DNA of 59,602 nucleotides from a virus (Duplodnaviria; Caudoviricetes): IMG/VR virus record IMGVR_UViG_3300044695_005052, positions 1 to 59,602 of that record; one strand, 5' to 3'. Shown piece by piece: positions 1 to 6,374 of this stretch (position 1 is its first letter; each line of letters starts with the position of its first letter). The notes under the pieces were generated by a model. It saw only the letters and a program-made list of their open reading frames with translations, ran no database searches and was not told where the DNA came from. The position numbers and the translations under genes were made by a program.

Positions 1-72
1 AGAGAAATTTACATAGTTTTCATGAAATCTTTGTATGATCTTTGTAGGTAAGGGGTATGTTAGGGAGTCATC

Positions 73-182
73 TTTACAAAGGAGATCAGAGTCCTTTATA
101 AAGAATCAGATAGAACTTTATAAAGAAATAGACATAAGTTTATAAAGAATCAGACATAAGTTTATAAAGAATCAGATAAAAC
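73..182. repeat. Four near-identical 22-bp tandem direct repeats (TTTATAAAGAAT(C/T)AGA(C/T)AxAAx) plus one degenerate in-phase copy; iteron-like
   Basis: Units at 95-116, 117-138, 139-160 and 161-182; degenerate 22-mer at 73-94; lies in an ORF-free region. Confidence 0.85.
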
Positions 183-222
183 TTGAAATAAGTTGTGATT
201 TGGTGTTTGTAAAGTGGCATAC

Positions 223-308
223 ACAACATATAGTGGGTGGGGGGCTAAATTTCGGATATTTGTATGGGGTTTTAGCCAATCAAATGAAACCTACCCACTA
301 TATGTTGT
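223..308. repeat. Perfect 16-bp inverted repeat with a 54-bp spacer
   Basis: ACAACATATAGTGGGT (223-238) / ACCCACTATATGTTGT (293-308). Confidence 0.85.
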
Positions 309-326
309 ATATGTGAGATGCTCAAA

Positions 327-361
327 ATGTATTTCAAAGTGGTTTAAACTTTGAAATACAT
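327..361. repeat. 14-bp stem, 7-nt loop palindrome
   Basis: ATGTATTTCAAAGT-GGTTTAA-ACTTTGAAATACAT. Confidence 0.85.
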
Positions 362-458
362 CAGAGTTAAGTTCTAAATTCATGTTTTTGGCATTGTAAA
401 AAGTAAATATTAATCAGAGTTTTTTGAGAAAAGTGTGGTTTTTTGGGGTTAAGTTAAA

Positions 459-614
459 TTTGACTTTTTGGTAATAACCCCTCCTAACAGCCTATACTTT
501 GACTTTTTGGTAAACAAAAACACCTCAGATTCTAAATGAACCCAAGGTGTGATTTACTTTTGATCTATCTATATGGGGGGTAGGGGGTATCTCAAATATT
601 TGACTTTTTGGTAA
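459..614. repeat. Three dispersed copies of 16-mer TTTGACTTTTTGGTAA (fourth copy at 12329-12344)
   Basis: Exact copies at 459-474, 498-513 and 599-614. Confidence 0.8.
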
Positions 615-726
615 TAATATAAATTAATACCTTATTTTTACCTTCTACTTTTAGCTAAATAATCAGCAATTAACCACATACTTAGTAAGAATCCTAGTCC
701 TATACTTATTGTTATTAGTGTATCAA

Positions 727-1110
727 TCATTTAGTATAAGTATTCTTTGATGTTATTATTAGATTCATTAGTATTGGATTTAGATTCATTACTAGGAGTA
801 AGCCTCTGGACATTTTTGTGGTGAGGTCTTCATTCGTGTCCTCAAATAGCTTTTCATCGTCATTGGATGTATATCCAATAACTTCTAGTATGCAATGCGT
901 TATTTCATGCAAGAGTACTTCCCTTGCTTGTTCGTTATGCATTGCTGAATGCAGATATATTGTATGTGTACCTGTATTCGTAAATCCCCAACTTAAGTTA
1001 TCTCCTAAGTTGTCGGTTATTATTATTTTATACTTAGCGTAACCTAGGTCTACTTCTGTTATGTTTGCCCTTTGGAGAAGGTTAAATATATGATTTATGT
1101 CTTCTTGCAT
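727..1110 (-). CDS. HExxH zinc metallopeptidase-like protein (ImmA/IrrE-like)
   Basis: VLLHEITHCILE motif preceded by WG...IYL; GGAGGAGG Shine-Dalgarno upstream. Confidence 0.65.
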   Translation of the reverse strand: MQEDINHIFNLLQRANITEVDLGYAKYKIIITDNLGDNLSWGFTNTGTHTIYLHSAMHNEQAREVLLHEITHCILEVIGYTSNDDEKLFEDTNEDLTTKMSRGLLLVMNLNPILMNLIITSKNTYTK

Positions 1111-1139
1111 GATGAATAGCCTCCTCCCTATTTAGGCTT

Positions 1140-1424
1140 TCAGGTGTCTTTCATTTGTGCTAGAACCTCTAATACTTTAGATTGCGCTAATTTAATTGCT
1201 TCCAAATAACTCTTGGTTTCGTTAATTAAAATCTCGTCTCCCATGGCTTTATTTAAAAGACTAAGGGCGGCAGTTTCTAAAGTCGGATGATACTCCTTAG
1301 GTAACTTCCAACCACCTTTGGTTAGTTGACCTTTAAATTTACCTTTGGAAATAACCTGACCTGAGTCCTGCCACTCTTCAATACACCAATTAAAAGGGTC
1401 AGGATGCGTGATTCTGTACTTCAT
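1140..1424 (-). CDS. Hypothetical phage protein
   Basis: 94-aa ORF coupled to upstream gene by ATGA overlap. Confidence 0.65.
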   Translation of the reverse strand: MKYRITHPDPFNWCIEEWQDSGQVISKGKFKGQLTKGGWKLPKEYHPTLETAALSLLNKAMGDEILINETKSYLEAIKLAQSKVLEVLAQMKDT

Positions 1425-1762
1425 TTAATCTCCCCGTAAATACCGTCCATCGTAGAACAGAACTTATCTAACTCACTATCTTTTTTTTCATCCTTTTCTA
1501 CCTTTGCTTTGGCAATACCATCCTCAACTCCAGCTTCATAGATTAGCAGGTTTTGTAGGCTAGTAGGATCCATTGGTTTAGGATCTTTGACTCCAGTCTC
1601 ATGGAATAGCAGATCTTGGTACATTTGTTTGTACTTAAGATACATTGTATTGTAGTAGTCAGCTTCTTTGCTTACCGTCTCTAAGTCTTTATTGAGCTTA
1701 TCTACCATCTTGATAAGGTTATCTACAGACTTTTGTAGGATGTATTCTTGTGTATCGTTCAT
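1421..1762 (-). CDS. Hypothetical coiled-coil protein
   Basis: 113-aa ORF with ATGA overlaps at both ends. Confidence 0.65.
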   Translation of the reverse strand: MNDTQEYILQKSVDNLIKMVDKLNKDLETVSKEADYYNTMYLKYKQMYQDLLFHETGVKDPKPMDPTSLQNLLIYEAGVEDGIAKAKVEKDEKKDSELDKFCSTMDGIYGEIK

Positions 1763-1986
1763 TTGATTTCCTTTAGCTTGTTGGCTACTTTTTCTAGTTC
1801 GGATAGTTTCTTACCTAAGAGGTTACAGACTTCCTCTACGGGCATCTGGTCTTTAATTCTTTCTGGGAACTTATTTTCGATGTAGTCCACACACTTGTGC
1901 ATATCTTCCATTGAGTTAAATGTTAGGGCTACATAGTCTCCCCCTATCCACCAACTAAATGTGTATGTCTTAGCTTTCTTCTTCAT
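1759..1986 (-). CDS. Hypothetical protein (start MKKKAKTY)
   Basis: ATG at 1986 overlaps the stop of the upstream gene; N-terminus resembles MKRKAKTH of 2307..2585. Confidence 0.6.
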   Translation of the reverse strand: MKKKAKTYTFSWWIGGDYVALTFNSMEDMHKCVDYIENKFPERIKDQMPVEEVCNLLGKKLSELEKVANKLKEIK

Positions 1987-2285
1987 TGGTTTACGATTCC
2001 CTTGGATTGGTTTACGATTCCCTTGGGTTGCTTTACGATTTCTTCTTTTTCTGAACCAGATATCCATCCAAATGTATATCCTGCATTTGGACAACAGAGG
2101 GGTACTTTCTTTTGTGCATGAGCATATGCACGCTTAACTGATCTTTTGGTAGAATAAGACTCCATAAAACCTTTATGGCACTCTGTACACCCACCATATA
2201 AAACGAACTGGTTAGTGTTCGTTTCATCGGGGATAGCAAATCTCATAAAGTTTTTACGGCTTATCATCGGCTTACGGTTTAACAT
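1983..2285 (-). CDS. CxxC...CC putative zinc-binding basic protein, paralog 3
   Basis: GGCTECHKGF...YSTKR...CC shared with the two upstream ORFs. Confidence 0.65.
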   Translation of the reverse strand: MLNRKPMISRKNFMRFAIPDETNTNQFVLYGGCTECHKGFMESYSTKRSVKRAYAHAQKKVPLCCPNAGYTFGWISGSEKEEIVKQPKGIVNQSKGIVNQ

Positions 2286-2306
2286 CTGTGATTCCTCGTT
2301 GTTGGT

Positions 2307-2585
2307 TTACGATTGCCTCTTGTGCGAAATCATAGTCCTGTAAATGCGGGGAGCTTGTGCCCATCCACTAATCGAGGGTATAGTGTAGAAGTGTTTATGC
2401 TCCCAGATGAAACAAACAATTGTATAACTCTCGTCTATACAACAAGAGTATCTTTTGTTTTGGGCACGAGTATATGCACACTTAAGTCCTCTTTTGGTAG
2501 CATAACGCCTCTCAAAGCCTTTATGGCACTTCGCACACTCACCGTACAAGATATATGCAGAATGAGTCTTAGCTTTCCTTTTCAT
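2307..2585 (-). CDS. CxxC...CC putative zinc-binding basic protein, paralog 2
   Basis: GECAKCHKGFERRYATKR...CC. Confidence 0.65.
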   Translation of the reverse strand: MKRKAKTHSAYILYGECAKCHKGFERRYATKRGLKCAYTRAQNKRYSCCIDESYTIVCFIWEHKHFYTIPSISGWAQAPRIYRTMISHKRQS

Positions 2586-2890
2586 TGGTTTACGATTGCC
2601 TCTTGTGCGCCCAAATCATGCAGCCATTTAATCCTGAACCATCCATGTGGGCAACAGGACATTCCTTTATTTCCTGCACGGGTACTTGCGTTTTTTACAC
2701 CCCTTTGTGTAGCATACCGCCTCTCAAAGCTATTTCCACACTCACATTGCCCCCGCAGGATAAAAGGGAGTTTAATCGGCTCTTGTGCCTTTTCTTCCTT
2801 TTCCTGCGCCTCCTTGGTCTTTGCAGCGATTCTGGCGATCATGTACCGCTGCCCTTGGATGTAGTCCGACACAAAAGGTTGGTTGCTCAT
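2582..2890 (-). CDS. CxC...CC putative zinc-binding basic protein, paralog 1
   Basis: GQCECGNSFERRYATQR...CC. Confidence 0.65.
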   Translation of the reverse strand: MSNQPFVSDYIQGQRYMIARIAAKTKEAQEKEEKAQEPIKLPFILRGQCECGNSFERRYATQRGVKNASTRAGNKGMSCCPHGWFRIKWLHDLGAQEAIVNQ

Positions 2891-2893
2891 GGT

Positions 2894-3112
2894 TTAAAGG
2901 CTAGTGATCTCACAGGTGCAACCATGGGATTGTCCGTTTCTAAGGTTTCGCCCGATAAGAGCAACCTCGAACGGAGGATAGTATGTGAAGTTCGCTTGAT
3001 ATGTAAGCTGATCTTGGATGAATGCCACTACCTGATGAACTTGTTCCTCATTAAAACCAAATTCATCGGGGATGGTCAGCTTGATCGTGAAGTCTTTGTG
3101 GTTGTCGTTCAT
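2894..3112 (-). CDS. Small hypothetical protein, leaderless; paralog of 3907..4098
   Basis: Shared FTIKxTxPD...FTxYPP..V..I...CEI; ATG 7 nt after the -10 box. Confidence 0.7.
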   Translation of the reverse strand: MNDNHKDFTIKLTIPDEFGFNEEQVHQVVAFIQDQLTYQANFTYYPPFEVALIGRNLRNGQSHGCTCEITSL

Positions 3113-3157
3113 GGTAGGTACTATAACCGATCAGGAAGGGATAGTCGCGGGTTTTTT
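3110..3157 (-). promoter_or_regulatory. Early promoter cassette, copy 1 (GCGACT-N17-TATAGT-N7-ATG)
   Basis: Repeat family; sigma70-like spacing with an A-tract upstream of -35. Confidence 0.8.
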
Positions 3158-3617
3158 AGTTTTTTCTGAACAAATGCACCATAGAGCAGCCGGACACCCG
3201 AGCCTTGTCGAACACCCGAGCTTTGTCGTACACCCGAGTTTTGTCGTACACCCGAGCCTCGTCGAACACCCGTGCGTAGCCGTACACCTGAGCTTTGTCG
3301 TACACCCGAGCCTCGTCGAACACCCGTGCGTAGCCGTACACCTGAGCATAGTCTAGCACCTGAGCCATGTCGTACACTAGAGCGTTGCCGTATACCCGTC
3401 CGTAGTTAAACACCCGTCCGTAGTTAAACACCCGTGCATGGCCGTACACCTGAGCATAGTGTAGCACTTGAGCATAGTCGTACACCCGAGCGTCAGGGCC
3501 AATGTACGCAGTATCAGCTACTGTTGCAGTATCGGCCACCCAGCCCCCACCGTCTGGGTGTTGGTGAGCAGGCACAGGGCCATTACCATCTGCAAAATCA
3601 AAGGTTGTGATGCTCAT
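3156..3617 (-). CDS. Hexapeptide-repeat (left-handed beta-helix) protein
   Basis: About 18 repeats of A-R/Q-V-Y/F-D/G-x after GGWVADTATVADTAYIG; exact 54-bp duplication at 3240-3347. Confidence 0.8.
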   Translation of the reverse strand: MSITTFDFADGNGPVPAHQHPDGGGWVADTATVADTAYIGPDARVYDYAQVLHYAQVYGHARVFNYGRVFNYGRVYGNALVYDMAQVLDYAQVYGYARVFDEARVYDKAQVYGYARVFDEARVYDKTRVYDKARVFDKARVSGCSMVHLFRKN

Positions 3618-3662
3618 GGTAGGTATTATAACCGATCAGGAGGGGATAGTCACGAGCTTTTT
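3615..3662 (-). promoter_or_regulatory. Early promoter cassette, copy 2 (GTGACT-N17-TATAAT-N7-ATG)
   Basis: -10 at 3625-3630, -35 at 3648-3653. Confidence 0.85.
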
Positions 3663-3668
3663 GAGAAA

Positions 3669-3875
3669 TTAGTTAGGCTCAGTATACAATTTATACAAAG
3701 AAGTACATTGATCCTTCCAATACTTGATTTCTCGATGGGCAACAGTTAAATTTTCATCCTGATTATCCAAAAGCCTCCGAAGAGTGCAGATTAAATTCTT
3801 AAGTTCTTGGGCATCGTTGGTTTCAATGTCCTTGGGATTGTAGTACCCGTTTAGGTTAGGCTTCATGTTATTCAT
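3669..3875 (-). CDS. Hypothetical coiled-coil protein
   Basis: Start preceded by the same CCTACC leader as the cassette genes; start uncertain. Confidence 0.55.
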   Translation of the reverse strand: MNNMKPNLNGYYNPKDIETNDAQELKNLICTLRRLLDNQDENLTVAHREIKYWKDQCTSLYKLYTEPN

Positions 3876-3906
3876 GGTAGGCAGTAGCCATTTTTTGTTC
3901 ATAAAA

Positions 3907-4098
3907 TCACTCCCACACGATAGGGGAGATTTCACAGGAGATGATCTCGACACTCAGGGGAGGGTATTCCGTGAAATCTGCGTCATGCTCCAACATATCT
4001 TTGATGGCTTGAACAGTAGCTTCCATGCCCTGCTCGTCAAGGGGGGAGTCATCGGGGCAGGTGATCTTGATGGTAAACCACTTGTAGTTGTAGCTCAT
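3907..4098 (-). CDS. Small acidic hypothetical protein, leaderless; paralog of 2894..3112
   Basis: Motif shared with 2894..3112; ATG at the end of the cassette. Confidence 0.7.
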   Translation of the reverse strand: MSYNYKWFTIKITCPDDSPLDEQGMEATVQAIKDMLEHDADFTEYPPLSVEIISCEISPIVWE

Positions 4099-4143
4099 GG
4101 TAGATACTATAACCGATCAGGAAGGGATAGTCACGGGTTTTTT
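4096..4143 (-). promoter_or_regulatory. Early promoter cassette, copy 3 (GTGACT-N17-TATAGT-N7-ATG)
   Basis: -10 at 4106-4111, -35 at 4129-4134. Confidence 0.85.
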
Positions 4144-4153
4144 GGGAAATTAG

Positions 4154-4480
4154 TTAGCATACATACTCCTTACCAAGTCCATAGCCACAACCATAGCCAT
4201 AGCTATAGCCATCGCCATACCCATCGTCATCGCCATAGCCATAGCCAGAGTCATTGCCATAGCCATAGCCAGAATCATTGCCATAACCATAGCCAGAGCC
4301 ATAGCCATCATCAAAGCCATAGCCAGCACCATAGCCATAGCCAGAGCCATAGCCAGAGCCATAGCGAGCACCAGAGCCATAGAGAGCACCATCGCCAGAG
4401 CCATCGCCAAAGCCATAGCCATAGCCAGAGCCATAGCCATAGCCATCGCCACTAACAGTCATATCACCTCTGATTAGCAT
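4154..4480 (-). CDS. Gly-Tyr low-complexity peptide, copy 5 (MLIRGDMT...GKEYVC)
   Basis: Conserved head and tail shared with four other copies. Confidence 0.75.
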   Translation of the reverse strand: MLIRGDMTVSGDGYGYGSGYGYGFGDGSGDGALYGSGARYGSGYGSGYGYGAGYGFDDGYGSGYGYGNDSGYGYGNDSGYGYGDDDGYGDGYSYGYGCGYGLGKEYVC

Positions 4481-4671
4481 AAATCACTCGTGAAAGCGCA
4501 GATGTGTTCGTTCCCATAGAAGTCTTCCACATAACCGAAGAAGTCTGTATCGGTTTCGAAACTTCTACGGAATTCTCCATTCCAAGATTCTGTTTCGTTA
4601 CAGATAGGACACTTAGTCCAAGTATCATCCAAACCAGAATCAAGCAGGATATATGTTGCTTTGTTATTCAT
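4474..4671 (-). CDS. Small acidic protein with CPxC...HxC (possible zinc ribbon)
   Basis: 65-aa ORF coupled at both ends. Confidence 0.6.
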   Translation of the reverse strand: MNNKATYILLDSGLDDTWTKCPICNETESWNGEFRRSFETDTDFFGYVEDFYGNEHICAFTSDLC

Positions 4672-4949
4672 TGGTGGGGTTCCGATTTGATTTCATCACC
4701 GTTCCAAACCCTGCCATTTTGGATCGTCTTGTTCACCTGAATGATCCTAGGTGAGGTATCTTCGTCTTCATAGATAAGTTCTGCGGTATCAGCAACGAGG
4801 GCAATATCGTTGACCCGCTCTTCGATCCAGAAACCAGTCATCTCTTGACCAAAGCCATTGTCATCATCGACGCGCAACTTAACATCGTAAGTGCCGCCAA
4901 CTCGGTCTGCCAGAACGGTTAGATCACGGATCAGTTGTGAGAGTCTCAT
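4668..4949 (-). CDS. Hypothetical protein, leaderless
   Basis: MRLSQLIRDL N-terminus common among small phage proteins; ATG at the end of the cassette. Confidence 0.65.
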   Translation of the reverse strand: MRLSQLIRDLTVLADRVGGTYDVKLRVDDDNGFGQEMTGFWIEERVNDIALVADTAELIYEDEDTSPRIIQVNKTIQNGRVWNGDEIKSEPHQ

Positions 4950-4994
4950 GGTAGGTATTATAACCGATCAGGTGGAGGTAGTCACGGGTTTTTT
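4947..4994 (-). promoter_or_regulatory. Early promoter cassette, copy 4 (GTGACT-N17-TATAAT-N7-ATG)
   Basis: Near-identical to the other copies. Confidence 0.85.
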
Positions 4995-5236
4995 GAGAAA
5001 TTACTTACATCCTCCTCACCATAGCCATAGCCAGAGCCATAGCCATAGCCAGCGCCATAGCCAGAGCCATAGCCATAGCCAGAGCCATCGTCAGAGCCAT
5101 CGCCATAGCCATCGCCAGAGCCATCGCCATAGCCATCGCCATCGCCATAGCCAGAGCCAGCGCTATAGACATAGCCATAGCCATCACCAAAGCCATAGCC
5201 AGAACCCCGTCTAGTCATATCACCTCTGATTAACAT
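4982..5236 (-). CDS. Gly-Tyr low-complexity peptide, copy 4
   Basis: MLIRGDMT head; tail EEDVS runs into the promoter cassette. Confidence 0.75.
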   Translation of the reverse strand: MLIRGDMTRRGSGYGFGDGYGYVYSAGSGYGDGDGYGDGSGDGYGDGSDDGSGYGYGSGYGAGYGYGSGYGYGEEDVSNFSKNP

Positions 5237-5394
5237 ACATACTCCTTACCATAGCCAGAGCCATAGCCATAGCCACAGCCATAGCCATAGCCATCGCCAT
5301 AGCCACAGCCATAGCCATAGCCAGAGCCACAGCCATAGCCATCGCCACAGCCAGAGCCATCGCCACTAACAGTCATATCACCTCTGATTAACAT
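5230..5394 (-). CDS. Gly-Tyr(-Cys) low-complexity peptide, copy 3 (54 aa, absent from ORF track)
   Basis: Hand translation [23 protein letters not shown]...GKEYVC; ATGTTAA overlaps at both ends. Confidence 0.75.
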   Translation of the reverse strand: MLIRGDMTVSGDGSGCGDGYGCGSGYGYGCGYGDGYGYGCGYGYGSGYGKEYVC

Positions 5395-5582
5395 ACATCC
5401 TCCTCACCATAGCCATAGCCATAGCCATCGTCAGAGCCATAGCCGGAGCCATCGTCAGAGCCATAGCCAGCGCCATAGCCATAGCCAGAGCCAGAGCCAT
5501 CGCCAAAGCCATAGCCATAGCCAGAGCCATAGCCATAGCCATAACCATCGCCAATTCTAGTCATATCACCTCTGATTAACAT
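5388..5582 (-). CDS. Gly-Tyr low-complexity peptide, copy 2
   Basis: MLIRGDMT...GEEDVC. Confidence 0.75.
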   Translation of the reverse strand: MLIRGDMTRIGDGYGYGYGSGYGYGFGDGSGSGYGYGAGYGSDDGSGYGSDDGYGYGYGEEDVC

Positions 5583-5800
5583 ACATCCTCCTTACCATAG
5601 CCAGAGCCATCGCCATAGCCAGAGCCATAGCCAGAGCCAGAGCCATAGCCATAGCCATCGTCAGAGCCATCGCCATAGCCATCGCCAGAGCCATCGCCAT
5701 CGCCAGAGCCAGCACTATAGACATAGCCATAGCCATAGCCATCGCCATAGCCACAGCCATAGCCATAGCCAATTCTAGTCATGTTGCCTCGGATCAACAT
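5576..5800 (-). CDS. Gly-Tyr low-complexity peptide, copy 1
   Basis: MLIRGNMT...GKEDVC; starts 3 nt after the DUF6948-like gene. Confidence 0.75.
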   Translation of the reverse strand: MLIRGNMTRIGYGYGCGYGDGYGYGYVYSAGSGDGDGSGDGYGDGSDDGYGYGSGSGYGSGYGDGSGYGKEDVC

Positions 5801-5803
5801 AGG

Positions 5804-6094
5804 TCAGTTAGCCCAAGGAGCCTTTTCCCAAGCTTTCACGGCTTCATCGGAAACCAGAGCGACTGCGGTAACATTCCGCACTTCAATCGTCGAGGGGGGG
5901 CCGACACGGCAATGCTTCGACGGGCCAGTTGCGGCGAGGCCAAAACATCCCTTCACATCCGCAGACCAATAGATAGCCATCCGAGCATCCTGCAAGGTGA
6001 TGGTATCACCAGAGTAGTCGTCGGTGTAGCCAAAGAAGACTCCACGGTGAAGGGTAGTGACGAGGACAGGGGTGAGATTAGAGTTGTTATTCAT
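5804..6094 (-). CDS. DUF6948-like phage protein (possible Sm-like fold)
   Basis: VLVTTLHRGVFFG...ITLQDARMAIYW...GLAATGP pattern recalled for this family; alternative start at 6127. Confidence 0.7.
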   Translation of the reverse strand: MNNNSNLTPVLVTTLHRGVFFGYTDDYSGDTITLQDARMAIYWSADVKGCFGLAATGPSKHCRVGPPSTIEVRNVTAVALVSDEAVKAWEKAPWAN

Positions 6095-6130
6095 GATTCT
6101 TTTTCTTTCTTGTTGTTGCTGCACCATTGC

Positions 6131-6172
6131 AGCAGGTATTATAACCGATCAGGTGGAGGTAGTCACGCTTTA
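6131..6172 (-). promoter_or_regulatory. Early promoter cassette, copy 5 (GTGACT-N17-TATAAT)
   Basis: -10 at 6138-6143, -35 at 6161-6166; spacer identical to copy 4. Confidence 0.85.
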
Positions 6173-6274
6173 TTTATCTTTTTTTTCAAGATGTTTGACC
6201 CCGATATACAGGAACCAAACCATAAGTATTGCATATGGTATCCAAAAGTAAAGTTCTAAAGAGATGTTAGCCAT
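6170..6274 (-). CDS. 34-aa single-TM membrane peptide
   Basis: Hand translation MANISLELYFWIPYAILMVWFLYIGVKHLEKKDK; GGAG upstream. Confidence 0.45.
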   Translation of the reverse strand: MANISLELYFWIPYAILMVWFLYIGVKHLEKKDK

Positions 6275-6374
6275 AGGTAAGTTAAACTCCATTTAATAAC
6301 TAACAAAGGCAGGACAATCAAAAGGAAGATAAAGATTAGCCCTCTTATCACCCAAAAGATTGTCCTGTTGAGTT

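Noticed and set aside
73-182. CRISPR array
   Set aside because: Repeats are contiguous with no spacers, and no cas genes are present
3131-3356. CTT/CST and VVHPS repeat ORFs
   Set aside because: Frame shadows of the 18-bp hexapeptide repeats
4150-5772. MAMAMA ORFs (minus strand) and HSHSQS ORFs (plus strand)
   Set aside because: Alternative-frame shadows of the GGC-NNT hexamer repeats; only the Gly-Tyr frame has conserved heads, tails, SD and coupling
4154-5800. Diversity-generating retroelement behind the variable cores
   Set aside because: No reverse transcriptase and no template/variable pair with adenine-specific differences; slippage and recombination are sufficient
3110-6172. CRISPR or integron reading of the dispersed repeats
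   Set aside because: Intervals are about 0.5-1.2 kb of whole genes; repeats have promoter geometry, no attC-like palindrome, and there is no integrase in the window
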